IMG/VR virus record: IMGVR_UViG_3300045931_000347
Span: 1-60,291 of that record
Reading direction: 5' to 3' (one strand)
DNA from: a virus
Taxonomy: Duplodnaviria > Caudoviricetes
DNA: 60,291 nt
The position numbers were made by a program, and so were the translations under genes. Below, one piece after another: positions 45,501-54,862 of this stretch. Within the stretch, counting starts at the first letter, position 1, and the number at the start of each line of letters is the position of its first letter. A model generated the notes under the pieces. The model saw only the letters and a list, made by a program, of their open reading frames with translations, was not told where the DNA came from and did no database searches.

Positions 45501-46349
45501 ATGTCTGACAAGCCGACCGTCGTCGAGGCGCTCAGCGCGGCCATGGCCGAGGTGCAGGCCGTCGGCAAGAACTCACGCAACACCGAGCAGGGCTACAACT
45601 TCCGCGGTGTCGACGCGGTGGTCAACGCGGTCGGGCCGGTACTGAAGAAGCACGGTGTGATCGTCCTGCCCGAGGTTCTCGACGCGTCGTTCCGCGACGT
45701 GCGTACCACGAAGGACAAGCCGGCCCGCGAGTGCACCGTTCGGGTGCGGTACCGGTTCTACGGGCCGGCGGGCGACTACATCGACGCGGTGGTGCCGGGT
45801 GAGTCGCTCGACTTCTCCGACAAGGGCGCGGCGAAGGCAATGTCGGTGGCGTATCGCATCGTGCTGCTGCAGGCCCTGTGTATCCCCACTGATGATGCAG
45901 ATCCCGACTCCCACTCGGTCGAGCGCAGCAACGAGGGCGCGGGCAGTCCGGAGGCCATCGAGCTCTTCGCCGCGATCATGGACGCGAAGACGCAGCCCCA
46001 GTTGCGCGCCGCGTGGGGAGCCGTGCGGGACGCCCGGAACGAGGGCCGGATCAACGAACGCGAGGCCGTCCAGCTGAACAACCACGTCAAGCGCCGCAAG
46101 AGCGAGGTGACCGATGACAGCACCGCTGACACCCAACCAGGTGGCGCTGGAACTGTCCCGACTAGCTCGGGACCTGGCGACGACGGTGGACCAGCTGGAG
46201 ATAGCGGATCGGGACGCGACGGAGAAACGGGCAGCGTACGACCTGGCGTTCAGCCGGGCCTTCATCTCGGCGACGGGGGCGATGGAGCAGCGAAAACACC
46301 AGGCCGTGATCAACGTGCACCAACTGCGGCTGGAGGCAGACGTGGGTGA
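45501..46349 (+). CDS. ERF-family single-strand annealing protein
   Basis: VGK..N..QGYNFRGVD.V.N, GES.D.SDK..AKAMSVAYR..L.IPT...DPD. Confidence 0.88.
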   Translation: MSDKPTVVEALSAAMAEVQAVGKNSRNTEQGYNFRGVDAVVNAVGPVLKKHGVIVLPEVLDASFRDVRTTKDKPARECTVRVRYRFYGPAGDYIDAVVPGESLDFSDKGAAKAMSVAYRIVLLQALCIPTDDADPDSHSVERSNEGAGSPEAIELFAAIMDAKTQPQLRAAWGAVRDARNEGRINEREAVQLNNHVKRRKSEVTDDSTADTQPGGAGTVPTSSGPGDDGGPAGDSGSGRDGETGSVRPGVQPGLHLGDGGDGAAKTPGRDQRAPTAAGGRRG

Positions 46350-46470
46350 TGCGTTGGTTCGACACCTGCGCCGAAGGATCGACGCGATCAAGGTACGCAT
46401 TGACTGTGCTCGCAGCTACGGGGCCGCTATACGGGCCGAGCTGAACCTGAGCGCTGCGGGGGTGGACTGA
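46114..46470 (+). CDS. Coiled-coil hypothetical protein overlapping the erf 3' end
   Basis: GAGG RBS; LTPNQV...RSYGAAIR. Confidence 0.7.
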   Translation: MTAPLTPNQVALELSRLARDLATTVDQLEIADRDATEKRAAYDLAFSRAFISATGAMEQRKHQAVINVHQLRLEADVGDALVRHLRRRIDAIKVRIDCARSYGAAIRAELNLSAAGVD

Positions 46471-47009
46471 TGACGGACGAGACCGAGCCGATGACCGTCC
46501 AGGAGCGGGTGACCGCCAAACTCTGGCTCGACGCCATCGCCGCCGCCGCCGGGGAAGCGTCGAAGCGGATCAGCGCCGAATTGGCGGCAGACGCCAGGCG
46601 CGACTACGAGGCGGGCAATGGCCTGCTGACCCAACGCTTTCCTGACCTCGCCAACGTCTCGGCGTCGGCGACCCACGAGGCGTCCGTGGTGGTCAACGAG
46701 GCCGCGTTCACCAAGTGGGTGGCGCTTCGCTACCCGACCGCCGTCTACACCGAGACGAAGGTCTCACCGGCCTGGCAGACGGCGTTCCTGAAGCGGGCCA
46801 TCCGCAACGGCGGGAAGGTCTTCGACGCCGCCACCGACGAGCAGGTGCCCGGGGTTGAGGTGAAGCCCGGCGGGGAGTTCATCGGCGTGAGCGTCAACCA
46901 GAAGTCGAAGGTGGCCACGGAGATGTTCGCCGCTCTCGCCGAGAACGGCCTGAGACAGCTCGCGGCGGTGGCCGGTTCCCGTCCGCTCGCACTACCGGGG
47001 GTGGAGTAG
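46470..47009 (+). CDS. Hypothetical protein of the recombination module
   Basis: V.NEAAF.KWV...TDEQVPGVEV; TGATG coupling. Confidence 0.6.
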   Translation: MTDETEPMTVQERVTAKLWLDAIAAAAGEASKRISAELAADARRDYEAGNGLLTQRFPDLANVSASATHEASVVVNEAAFTKWVALRYPTAVYTETKVSPAWQTAFLKRAIRNGGKVFDAATDEQVPGVEVKPGGEFIGVSVNQKSKVATEMFAALAENGLRQLAAVAGSRPLALPGVE

Positions 47010-47011
47010 TA

Positions 47012-47347
47012 GTGAACGAGCTCGAGGTCCGCAAGCTGTCTGCCGTCGTACCGATCAGCGAGGAGATGGCCGCCGAGGTGGAGCGATTGAGGGCCGGCAT
47101 CAACTGGGCGCTGGCCGCCACACCCGAGGAGATGGCCGCATACCAGGAGCAGCGGCGTCGGGAGCGGACTGCCGAGCGTGCCGCCAGTGAGGTCCGGCCG
47201 CTGACACTGGATCGGCTGATTAAGGACCTTGGCTGGTCCGGGGCGTACGCCCTGCACTTCGTCCAGCCGTACTGCACCTGCTCCGACAGCTACGACGGGT
47301 GGGACTACTGCCAGCACGCACACGACGAGGGGGTGATCCCCGAGTGA
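47012..47347 (+). CDS. Hypothetical protein
   Basis: GGAG RBS. Confidence 0.55.
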   Translation: MNELEVRKLSAVVPISEEMAAEVERLRAGINWALAATPEEMAAYQEQRRRERTAERAASEVRPLTLDRLIKDLGWSGAYALHFVQPYCTCSDSYDGWDYCQHAHDEGVIPE

Positions 47348-47348
47348 A
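47326..47348 (+). repeat. 23-bp direct repeat, left copy (right copy 47526-47548)
   Basis: CGAGGGGGTGATCCCCGAGTGAA. Confidence 0.92.
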
Positions 47349-47547
47349 CGAGTTCGATCATCGATTGACCCCGGAGGGGCGCGAGGGCTTCCTCGCCGCT
47401 ATCTCCTACATCACGCTCGCGGGGCACATGAGCATGGATCCGGTCGAGCGCGGCGTGATCGCTGGCCTCGTCAGAGCGCTGAAGCGCAGGGCAGACGCCG
47501 AGTATCTCATTGGCAAGCCGCCACCCGAGGGGGTGATCCCCGAGTGA
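47344..47547 (+). CDS. Small hypothetical protein flanked by direct repeats
   Basis: GTGA coupling; ends EGVIPE like the preceding gene. Confidence 0.55.
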   Translation: MNEFDHRLTPEGREGFLAAISYITLAGHMSMDPVERGVIAGLVRALKRRADAEYLIGKPPPEGVIPE

Positions 47548-47960
47548 AGGAGCAGTTGAGTCCGCAGCGCGTGGAGGAGATCTTCCTCGACTGCCTACCC
47601 CGCGACGAGGAAGACGGGGTGCCCCTGGTGCAGGTGGACGGGATCGTCACGAGCGCTGCCTTCAATCTCGCTCGGCTGGACGTATACCGCAACTCCATCG
47701 CCCGACTGCTCGGTGAGCTGCCGGATGAGTTCATCCGCGGCTTGGGCGGCGGGATGTCTTTCCTGAACGCGTGCATGGACCGCCATGGCGACCAGTGGAC
47801 CGGTGAGCACCGGACGATGGACCAACTGTTCTTGCTGGGAATGGCCACTGGCTTGGTCACCTGTCTCATGGGCCGCGAGTTGTGGGACGTGCTGCCGGGC
47901 GGCATGCCGTACTACGCGGTGTCCGGCGAGTGTCGCAGGGTCGCCGATGTCCAGTCGTAG
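47544..47960 (+). CDS. Phage hypothetical protein
   Basis: LPDEF..GGGMSFLNACMD..G.QWTG.H..M..L..LG...LPGGMPY. Confidence 0.75.
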   Translation: MKEQLSPQRVEEIFLDCLPRDEEDGVPLVQVDGIVTSAAFNLARLDVYRNSIARLLGELPDEFIRGLGGGMSFLNACMDRHGDQWTGEHRTMDQLFLLGMATGLVTCLMGRELWDVLPGGMPYYAVSGECRRVADVQS

Positions 47961-48915
47961 ATACACCGGCCCCACGGCGGCGGAGAGCCCGAGGGTGAAG
48001 CGTCGTGCTTTCCGACCGTCCACGCAGGGCGGAAGAGACGCGCTCGCGGCGGTGGGCCGCGGCCGTATTGCAGAGGTCCTTGCCGAGGCCGAGCGACGCT
48101 CCTGGTTCTCCTGTGGTGATCTCTGCGACGGTCGCCTGAGGCGCTCCCCGTTTTTCAAGGGACTCCCCGATCGTCAGCGGTTCGCGTTGTCGTGGGTTCT
48201 AGGCGAGACAGGATGCTGGGAGTGGGTCGGAGCTAAGAAGAAGCAGGGCGGCTACGGCCAGTTTCGCTTCGGCCGCCGCAACTGCAACGTCCACCGGGTG
48301 GCCTACGAGATCCACGTGGGTCCGATTCCGACGGGACTGACTATCGATCACAAGTGCCGTAACAAGGGCTGCGTTAACCCTGATCACCTCGAGCCAGTAA
48401 CGGGCGCCGAGAACACGCGTCGCTACGGAGAGACGTTTACGGCATGTCCGAAGGGACACCTCTACACCCCCGAGAACACGCTGGCCAAACCCCGGCGTAA
48501 CTGCCGCCGCTGCCACAATGAGCGAACCTCGGTGAGCAGCAAGGTCAACGTTCGGCTTAGGGCGGCGGCACCGTGGATCCTGTCGGCACTGGCTGGTCGT
48601 TCCGGCGGGCTCTGCGAGATGGCGCTTGCGGGGTGCACTGGCGTCGCTACCGACCCCGCACACCGAATCAGCCGGAAGGCCGGCGGCCGTCCCGACCGGA
48701 CCAAGTTTGATCGGCTGAGCAACTTCGTCCACGCATGCCGTAGATGCCACCGGTGGACCCATGAACGGCCGGCCGAGGCGTACGACCTAGGTCTCATGCT
48801 GAAGGAGCACCAGGACCCGGCCGCCGAGCCCTTCGCGTTTCGCGGGATGGGTTGGATCTTCCTCACCGACGATGGTCGGTACTCAGATGACCCACCGGAG
48901 CGTGAGGTGGCATGA
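47947..48915 (+). CDS. Double HNH endonuclease
   Basis: GCWEW..GYG..VHRVAYE..IDHKCRNKGCVNPDHLE plus RSGGLCE..AHR..LSN..CRRCH. Confidence 0.8.
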   Translation: MSSRRYTGPTAAESPRVKRRAFRPSTQGGRDALAAVGRGRIAEVLAEAERRSWFSCGDLCDGRLRRSPFFKGLPDRQRFALSWVLGETGCWEWVGAKKKQGGYGQFRFGRRNCNVHRVAYEIHVGPIPTGLTIDHKCRNKGCVNPDHLEPVTGAENTRRYGETFTACPKGHLYTPENTLAKPRRNCRRCHNERTSVSSKVNVRLRAAAPWILSALAGRSGGLCEMALAGCTGVATDPAHRISRKAGGRPDRTKFDRLSNFVHACRRCHRWTHERPAEAYDLGLMLKEHQDPAAEPFAFRGMGWIFLTDDGRYSDDPPEREVA

Positions 48916-49316
48916 GCGACGAACTGTGGTGGGCGGACGAAGCCGCTGAGGTACTCCAGGCGAGTGTGCGACACCAACCGATCGCCAAGGTCGGGGTGCG
49001 CTGGAAAGTGCGTGTCGACGAGCCGCACCCGCGGCGCACGGAGAAGCGCGGCGACTTCATCGACATGGCCGACGGGCGCGTCACGCTGGCTGCGCGCACG
49101 ATCTGGGCCGGGTGGACGCCGGGCTACGAACTGCACGTCACCCTCGCTGACGGCACCCGCATCACCGGGCCATGGCGGGAACGCCTCGTCTGCTGCGACA
49201 TGCACAGCCACAACTGCGAACCGCCGGCTGACCTGTGCTGCGAATACTGCACCGAACTGCACCATCCGAACCACAACAAGCTAATGCCGTGCGTGCTCGC
49301 GGCGGTGACCCCATGA
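48912..49316 (+). CDS. Hypothetical protein with Cys-rich C-terminus
   Basis: Coupled; CCDMH..CEPP..CCEYC. Confidence 0.55.
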   Translation: MSDELWWADEAAEVLQASVRHQPIAKVGVRWKVRVDEPHPRRTEKRGDFIDMADGRVTLAARTIWAGWTPGYELHVTLADGTRITGPWRERLVCCDMHSHNCEPPADLCCEYCTELHHPNHNKLMPCVLAAVTP

Positions 49317-49480
49317 CCACCTACACCACCAACCGCGGCCCCTGCGCCAACTGTGGACACGGGGAGATCTCACACCTGTTCCGGGAGAGCAAGGAGCGCG
49401 GCCGGTGCACGGTGACCGAAGCGCTCGGCTCCAAGCCGGAGCCGTGCACCTGTCCGTACTACCAGGAGGTGACCAGGTGA
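49313..49480 (+). CDS. Small zinc-binding protein
   Basis: C.NCGH...H...C...CTC. Confidence 0.55.
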   Translation: MTTYTTNRGPCANCGHGEISHLFRESKERGRCTVTEALGSKPEPCTCPYYQEVTR

Positions 49481-49728
49481 GCGCCGACGACCTCACGGCT
49501 GGCTACCCGGTTCACGCAGTAGCCAGCTACCAACCATGGACTAACCCCCACGGGGCCGCCTTCACCGACTGGACCGCCAGCTGCGGTGTCACCGGCACGA
49601 TCGCCGGTAGATCCTTCGGACGTGCCGGTAGCGCGCGGCGGCGCGAGCTCTGCGCCACGTGCTGGCCGCTGGACTGGAGCACCCACCACCCCGCTCCAAT
49701 TCGAGCCCAGGAGGTGAGCCGTGGCTGA
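49477..49728 (+). CDS. Hypothetical protein
   Basis: AGGAGG RBS; VH..SCG..CATC. Confidence 0.5.
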   Translation: MSADDLTAGYPVHAVASYQPWTNPHGAAFTDWTASCGVTGTIAGRSFGRAGSARRRELCATCWPLDWSTHHPAPIRAQEVSRG

Positions 49729-49897
49729 GGTGACGCTGGCCCGGGTGATCGCGGACGTGAACAAGCTCGGCGGTGACCCGGAGACCACGCTGATCTGCGT
49801 CAACGGCGCGACCACCGAGGACTACGAGTACGCGTACGAGGTCTACCGCGCCGGTGGGATCGTCCTGGTCGACTTTTCGGACGATGACGATGACTAG
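49721..49897 (+). CDS. Small acidic hypothetical protein
   Basis: AGGAGG RBS; 58-aa ORF. Confidence 0.45.
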   Translation: MAEVTLARVIADVNKLGGDPETTLICVNGATTEDYEYAYEVYRAGGIVLVDFSDDDDD

Positions 49898-50183
49898 ACT
49901 CCGCGACGTTCCGCTATTCCCGGCACCCCAGGAGCCCGTGCTGGAGCTGTCGGGAACCTTCGCCCACCTCGGCGCCCAGAAGGGCCACTACGCCCGCTAC
50001 CGCCCCGTCAAGCGGGTGGCGTGCGACGAGTGCGTGGCGTTCCTGCACACGCACAAGGGAGTCGGCCCACCGCCACGCGGCGCTCGGGTGACCCGTCGCG
50101 CGCTCGGCGGCGAAACCTTGCGGCTGTGCACCGGCCACGGCGATCTCTGGCGCGAGCACGACAAGACGGTGGTGGGACTGTGA
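49884..50183 (+). CDS. Hypothetical protein
   Basis: CDEC..LC.GH; coupled. Confidence 0.5.
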   Translation: MTMTRLRDVPLFPAPQEPVLELSGTFAHLGAQKGHYARYRPVKRVACDECVAFLHTHKGVGPPPRGARVTRRALGGETLRLCTGHGDLWREHDKTVVGL

Positions 50184-50410
50184 GGAGCTCCTGGGGCATG
50201 TCCTCGGACCACCTGGCGGTCGAGCGGCAACGGGAACGAGCCGTGCGCATGATCCGCTGCCCGGTGTGCGACGCCCCGTCGCGCAAGCCCTGCCGCTACC
50301 CGAAGCGGGTGGCGCGCAAGGACGGCAAGCCGGGCGGCACCACCCAGAGCCACGCCCACGTCGGCCGCTACGACCTGGCCGCGTCGAAGGGACTGGTGCC
50401 GCATGTCTAG
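50180..50410 (+). CDS. Small zinc-finger protein
   Basis: CPVC.A...PC...AH.GR. Confidence 0.55.
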   Translation: MRSSWGMSSDHLAVERQRERAVRMIRCPVCDAPSRKPCRYPKRVARKDGKPGGTTQSHAHVGRYDLAASKGLVPHV

Positions 50411-50678
50411 GTCAGCGTGGGGCTTCGGTACCGACACGGTGATGGACTGGCGCACCGACGCGGCGTGCCGGGGTAGCACCGTCCCGGACGCGTGGTTCGT
50501 GACGAGGGCCGACCTATCGTCGGCGAACGTGATGGCGCTCAAGATCTGCCGCACGTGTCCGGTGATGGACCAATGCCGATCCTGGTATGAGTCGCTGGAT
50601 CCCGAGCTCCGCCAGTCGGTGATCGCGGGTGGGATCAAGTGGAACTCCTACGGCCCACCCCGACGAGCGGATGCGTGA
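50403..50678 (+). CDS. whiB: WhiB-family transcription factor
   Basis: WR..AAC..WF..A.KIC.TCPV..QC..IAGG. Confidence 0.8.
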   Translation: MSRSAWGFGTDTVMDWRTDAACRGSTVPDAWFVTRADLSSANVMALKICRTCPVMDQCRSWYESLDPELRQSVIAGGIKWNSYGPPRRADA

Positions 50679-50898
50679 CGTCCACTTCCCGCCGGGGTCG
50701 TTCACGGCCAAGGAGGTCGGCGTGGTGCTGCGGGTCAGCCGCAACACGGTGTCGATGTGGTGCGCCACCGGCAAGATCCCCGCCACACGTGACGACAACG
50801 GCCGCTGGCTCATCGCCGCCGCCGCCCTCAACCGCTACGTCGAGTCGTGTCGTGAGTCACAACGTCAATTAGGGAAAGGAGATTCGTGGAGTGGGTGA
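50671..50898 (+). CDS. Excisionase-like HTH DNA-binding protein
   Basis: TAKEV..LRVSRNTV..W...GKIPA..GRWLI. Confidence 0.75.
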   Translation: MRDVHFPPGSFTAKEVGVVLRVSRNTVSMWCATGKIPATRDDNGRWLIAAAALNRYVESCRESQRQLGKGDSWSG

Positions 50899-51590
50899 AG
50901 CTGCACGGCCGGTACTACGGCGACCCGAAGGTCATGGCGTTGCCGGACGCGGACACCGAGGTGCTCTTCGTCCGGTCGCTGGCCTACGCGGGCGACCAGG
51001 AGACCGGCGGCTTCATCCCCGAGCACGCGGTGCGTGCGCTCACTCGGGTACGCCGAAGCGGGGTTCTCGTCAGGGCCCTCGTGAAAACCGGACTGTGGAC
51101 GGCCGTATCAGGCGGGTGGCAGATCACCCGCTGGGACGTCTGGCAGGCGGATCACGACGTGCTGGCGAAACGTCGCCACGTGGATCGCGAGCGTCAGCGT
51201 CGCAAGCGGGCTGCGGAGCGCTCCAACATGTCACGTGACACGTCGTCGGACAGTCACGTGACTGTCCGACATAGAGAGAAAGAGAAAGAACTACCCCCCG
51301 TAGCCCCCCACGGGGGGCGGAGCGTTGGCTACGAGACCGATCCCGACTTCGTCCGGTTCTGGGAGATCTACCCACGCAAGGTCGCGAAACCCGCCGCGTT
51401 CAAGGCCTGGCGAACCCAGGTCAGCCGAGGCGTCGACCCGACGTTGATCCAGTTGGCGGCGCGGCGCTACGCCGAGGACCGTCGCGGCCAGGACCCGAAG
51501 TTCACCGCTCATCCCGCAACGTGGCTCAACGGTGAGCGCTTCAACGACCAACCGGTCAACGGAAGTGGCGGAGGGTGGTGGGACAACTAG
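50886..51590 (+). CDS. Replication initiator / replisome organizer
   Basis: WVKL...DPK, RERQRRKR, F.RFW.IYPRKV.K..A, HPATWLNGERF. Confidence 0.82.
   Translation: MEWVKLHGRYYGDPKVMALPDADTEVLFVRSLAYAGDQETGGFIPEHAVRALTRVRRSGVLVRALVKTGLWTAVSGGWQITRWDVWQADHDVLAKRRHVDRERQRRKRAAERSNMSRDTSSDSHVTVRHREKEKELPPVAPHGGRSVGYETDPDFVRFWEIYPRKVAKPAAFKAWRTQVSRGVDPTLIQLAARRYAEDRRGQDPKFTAHPATWLNGERFNDQPVNGSGGGWWDN
51229..51290. other. Candidate replication origin inside the initiator gene
   Basis: Palindromes TGTCACGTGACA (51229-51240) and 26-bp GTCGGACAGTCACGTGACTGTCCGAC (51245-51270), then an A-rich tract. Confidence 0.55.
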
Positions 51591-53152
51591 TGGACGTACT
51601 GCGCGAACTCGTCCTGCCACGGCTGGACAAGGTCCGCCCGGCAGCCGGCGGGTATACGGCCCGCTGCCCCGCCCACGCCGACACCAACCCGTCCCTGTCG
51701 GTGTCGGCGGGCAAGGACCACCCGGTGGTGCTGCACTGCCAGGCCGGCTGCGCGGCGGAGGACGTCCTCGCCGCGCTGGGTCTGGCGTGGGGGGATCTGC
51801 TGGCACCGAAGGAGACGCCGAAGGGTGAGTGGACCCCGGCCGGCCCGGCGACAGCGGTCTACGACTACACCGACGAGCAGGGCAACCTGCTCTTCCAGGT
51901 GCTGCGCACCGCCGGCAAGCAGTTCCGCCAGCGCGTGCCCGACGTGAACTCCGAGTCCGGTTGGACATGGCGACTCGGGGACGTGCGACGGGTGCTGTAC
52001 CGTCTACCCGCGGTACTCAAGGCGGTTGCCGACGGACACATGATCTACATCTGTGAGGGCGAGAAGGACGTCCACACCCTCGTCGGGCACGGGCTCGAGG
52101 CCACGTGCAACCCCGGCGGGGCCGGCAAGTGGCGGGCCGAGTACGCCGAGCACTTCTGCGACGCGGTGGTAACGATTGTCGCCGACCGGGACGACCCGGG
52201 CCAGGCCCACGCGCGCAGGGTCTGGGACTGTCTCGAGCCGGTGGCCGCGTGTGTGAGCATCGTCGAAGCTCTCGAGGGCAAGGACGCCACTGACCACGTC
52301 AACGCCGGGCACACCCTGGACAAGTTGGTCGTCACGAGGACCAACGACCGCCCGTCCGTGGCACCCGACCTGGCACCGGATCTGTGGCAGTTCCTCGCGA
52401 CGCCCGACGACGAGTACGACTGGATCGTGCCGCACCTGCTCGAGCGCGGGGATCGGCTCATGCTCACCGGCTTCGAGGGGCTCGGTAAGAGCATGCTGGT
52501 GCGACAGTTCGCGGTCGCGATCGCAGCCGGACTGCACCCGTTCGGGCTGCAAGGGATCGACCCGCGGCGGGTACTGCTGATCGACTGCGAGAACTCCGAG
52601 CGCCAGTCGCGGCGGCAGTTCCGCCGCCTCGCCGACGCGGTCACACGGCAGGGTTTCCGCATCGAGCAGGGATGGCTCAGGCTCATCCACAAGCCCGCCG
52701 GACTGGACCTGACCCACCCCGACGACGAGGCGTGGCTGATCGAGCGGGTGACGGCGCACCGGCCCGACGTGTTGTTCATCGGACCGTTCTACCGGCTACA
52801 CAACGCGAACCTGAACGAGGAACTCCCGGCCCGGCGGACAGTGGCGGCGCTCGACCGTGCACGGACACTGGCCGGTTGCGCACTGGTCATCGAGGCGCAC
52901 GCCGGACACGGTGAGGTGGGCATCAAGCGGTCGGTGCGACCGACGGGCTCGAGCCTGTTGCTGCGCTGGCCGGAGTTCGGCTATGGCCTGGCGCCTGCGG
53001 TTGATCCGGCCCCTGGGGAGCCGGCCCGGCACGTGAAGGTCCTCCCCTGGCGGGGGCCGAGGGACGAGAGACGGTGGCCTACCCATCTCTCGTGGGGTGG
53101 GGCTCTTCCATGGCGGGTGACGCGGGAGGACGAAATGGCGGAGTTGTCATGA
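51575..53152 (+). CDS. DNA primase-helicase (zinc ribbon, TOPRIM, RepA-like helicase)
   Basis: CPAH.D..PSLS..HCQAGC; ICEGEKD; ADRDDPG; GFEGLGKS; IDCEN. Confidence 0.9.
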   Translation: MVGQLVDVLRELVLPRLDKVRPAAGGYTARCPAHADTNPSLSVSAGKDHPVVLHCQAGCAAEDVLAALGLAWGDLLAPKETPKGEWTPAGPATAVYDYTDEQGNLLFQVLRTAGKQFRQRVPDVNSESGWTWRLGDVRRVLYRLPAVLKAVADGHMIYICEGEKDVHTLVGHGLEATCNPGGAGKWRAEYAEHFCDAVVTIVADRDDPGQAHARRVWDCLEPVAACVSIVEALEGKDATDHVNAGHTLDKLVVTRTNDRPSVAPDLAPDLWQFLATPDDEYDWIVPHLLERGDRLMLTGFEGLGKSMLVRQFAVAIAAGLHPFGLQGIDPRRVLLIDCENSERQSRRQFRRLADAVTRQGFRIEQGWLRLIHKPAGLDLTHPDDEAWLIERVTAHRPDVLFIGPFYRLHNANLNEELPARRTVAALDRARTLAGCALVIEAHAGHGEVGIKRSVRPTGSSLLLRWPEFGYGLAPAVDPAPGEPARHVKVLPWRGPRDERRWPTHLSWGGALPWRVTREDEMAELS

Positions 53153-53658
53153 CTATCCAGGCCATTCCCGTCACCTACCGGGGCATCAAGTTCCGGTCGG
53201 CGCTCGAGGCCGACTGGGCATCGACGTTCGATTGGTACGACATCTACTGGGAGTACGAGAACCTCGGCATCGAACTCAAGGACGGCACCCGGTACCTGCC
53301 GGACTTCTACCTGCCCGAGTCGCACATCTGGTGCGAGGCCAAGGGGCCACACAACGAGCGGCTGGTGAAGGCCCAGGACCTCAACGCCGAGATCTGGTCG
53401 GACGACTGGCTCGAGCGTGAGCCGTTCGTGGTCGTCCTGAGGGCGGCGGGCCCGGGCAACCGGGCGACGTGGGAGTCCTGCAACCCGAGCATGAAGATCA
53501 GCCTCTACCAGTGTCCCTACTGCCTGAAGTACAGCTTCGCCGACTACAACGGGCTGTGGCGCTGCCGTTTGGTGAACTGCCGTCAACCGCTCGAGCGATG
53601 GCACCTTGGTCGCTACTTCTCCGGCGACGGGCACTTCCAGAGAGCGCCGCGGCCATGA
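53149..53658 (+). CDS. PD-(D/E)XK nuclease-like protein
   Basis: YRGIKFRSALEA.WA..FD..W.YE..YLPDFYL..EAKG. Confidence 0.8.
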   Translation: MTIQAIPVTYRGIKFRSALEADWASTFDWYDIYWEYENLGIELKDGTRYLPDFYLPESHIWCEAKGPHNERLVKAQDLNAEIWSDDWLEREPFVVVLRAAGPGNRATWESCNPSMKISLYQCPYCLKYSFADYNGLWRCRLVNCRQPLERWHLGRYFSGDGHFQRAPRP

Positions 53659-53837
53659 GCGACTGGCAGGCACGCCTGGCCGCGGCGGTCGCCGAGTATC
53701 ACCGGCGCCGCGAGTTCCGCGCCGTGCCATCCGGACGAGAACTGGAACGTCCCCGCGCGGCGGGGCTGCGCGTACGGCAACGCGAGAAATCAGACCGCGC
53801 CAAATGCCCGCCGCCTGACCCCGGAGGAACACCATGA
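53655..53837 (+). CDS. Small basic hypothetical protein
   Basis: Coupled ORF. Confidence 0.4.
   Translation: MSDWQARLAAAVAEYHRRREFRAVPSGRELERPRAAGLRVRQREKSDRAKCPPPDPGGTP
53824..53837 (+). repeat. 14-bp direct repeat, left copy (right copy 54074-54087)
   Basis: GAGGAACACCATGA, RBS plus start codon. Confidence 0.8.
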
Positions 53838-54091
53838 AGATCGTTGAGGATCCACCGAACGTCCGTCCCCACCACCCGGCATGCGAACCCGGCGACGAGC
53901 GGATCACCCACACGTTCGACGCCGACGGCACCAACCGCCAGATCTGGCGCCAGGTCGGCTGGCACGGCCAGTCGGGTGCGTTCTACGCGCTGCCCGAGGA
54001 CCCGAGCCGCTACGAACCGGGATCGTTCTCGCCGCTGTGGCTGCTCGTCGACGACGAGCCGGAACTGTCCCGCGAGGAACACCATGAGTGA
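53834..54091 (+). CDS. Hypothetical protein
   Basis: GGAGG RBS. Confidence 0.6.
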   Translation: MKIVEDPPNVRPHHPACEPGDERITHTFDADGTNRQIWRQVGWHGQSGAFYALPEDPSRYEPGSFSPLWLLVDDEPELSREEHHE

Positions 54092-54527
54092 ACAAGAACG
54101 CGAGCGGTTCGCGGCGATCGAACACGAACGCTGGGCGCACTGGCAGCAGTGGATGCACGAGCAGTGCTACCCGGGCACGCCGTTCGGCGACATGGTCATT
54201 CCGCGGTCGCTGTATGAGCGCTGGGAGCGCCAGATCGCCACCAAGTACGAAGATCTCAGCGAGGACGAGAAGCGGCTGGACCGCGAACAGGTCGAGCGCT
54301 ACTGGCCACTCGTCGAGAAACTTCTCGCCGAAGCGTACAGCCGCGGGTACCGAAGAGCAGTAGAAGCGCTGCGGGCCAAGGACGAGGAAGAAGCGGCCGA
54401 GTTCGAGCGCAGCATCCGCGAGAACCCGCGGTACTGGGACGGCTGGCCGTACGGGCACTTCTACCGCAAAGCCGCCGAGCACCTCGAATCCCTCGCCGCC
54501 GCACACAACGAAGGAGAGAAGACGTGA
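54084..54527 (+). CDS. Hypothetical protein with RyR-like HERW...YEDLSEDEK..DR motif
   Basis: Motif read from translation; RBS. Confidence 0.65.
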   Translation: MSEQERERFAAIEHERWAHWQQWMHEQCYPGTPFGDMVIPRSLYERWERQIATKYEDLSEDEKRLDREQVERYWPLVEKLLAEAYSRGYRRAVEALRAKDEEEAAEFERSIRENPRYWDGWPYGHFYRKAAEHLESLAAAHNEGEKT

Positions 54528-54862
54528 GCGAGAAGATTCACCCGGTCGCCGTTGAAATCGACGGCCGGCTCTGGTTCGATCTGCCGCTGCGCGACGGGCT
54601 GTGGTCGCTCGGCACGCTGCTGCGCGAGATCGGCTGGACGCCGCCACCGGAACCCGCCGGCATGCCGGTCTTCCCGATCAAGGCCAAGGACGCGCTGGCA
54701 CCCGAAGCTGTGGCGGCGTACCGGGATCTGTGTGAGCGGTACGAACTGCACGACCAGGCGGTGCAGGTGCAGCTCGCGCTCGACGAGATCACGGCATGGC
54801 AGGCGGCCAACGAGGAGTTGCTGAAGCTTCCCGATCACCAACATGTCGGCGTGACCCCGTGA
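54524..54862 (+). CDS. Hypothetical protein
   Basis: AAGGAG RBS; PVF.IKAKD.LA...K.PD. Confidence 0.6.
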   Translation: MSEKIHPVAVEIDGRLWFDLPLRDGLWSLGTLLREIGWTPPPEPAGMPVFPIKAKDALAPEAVAAYRDLCERYELHDQAVQVQLALDEITAWQAANEELLKLPDHQHVGVTP

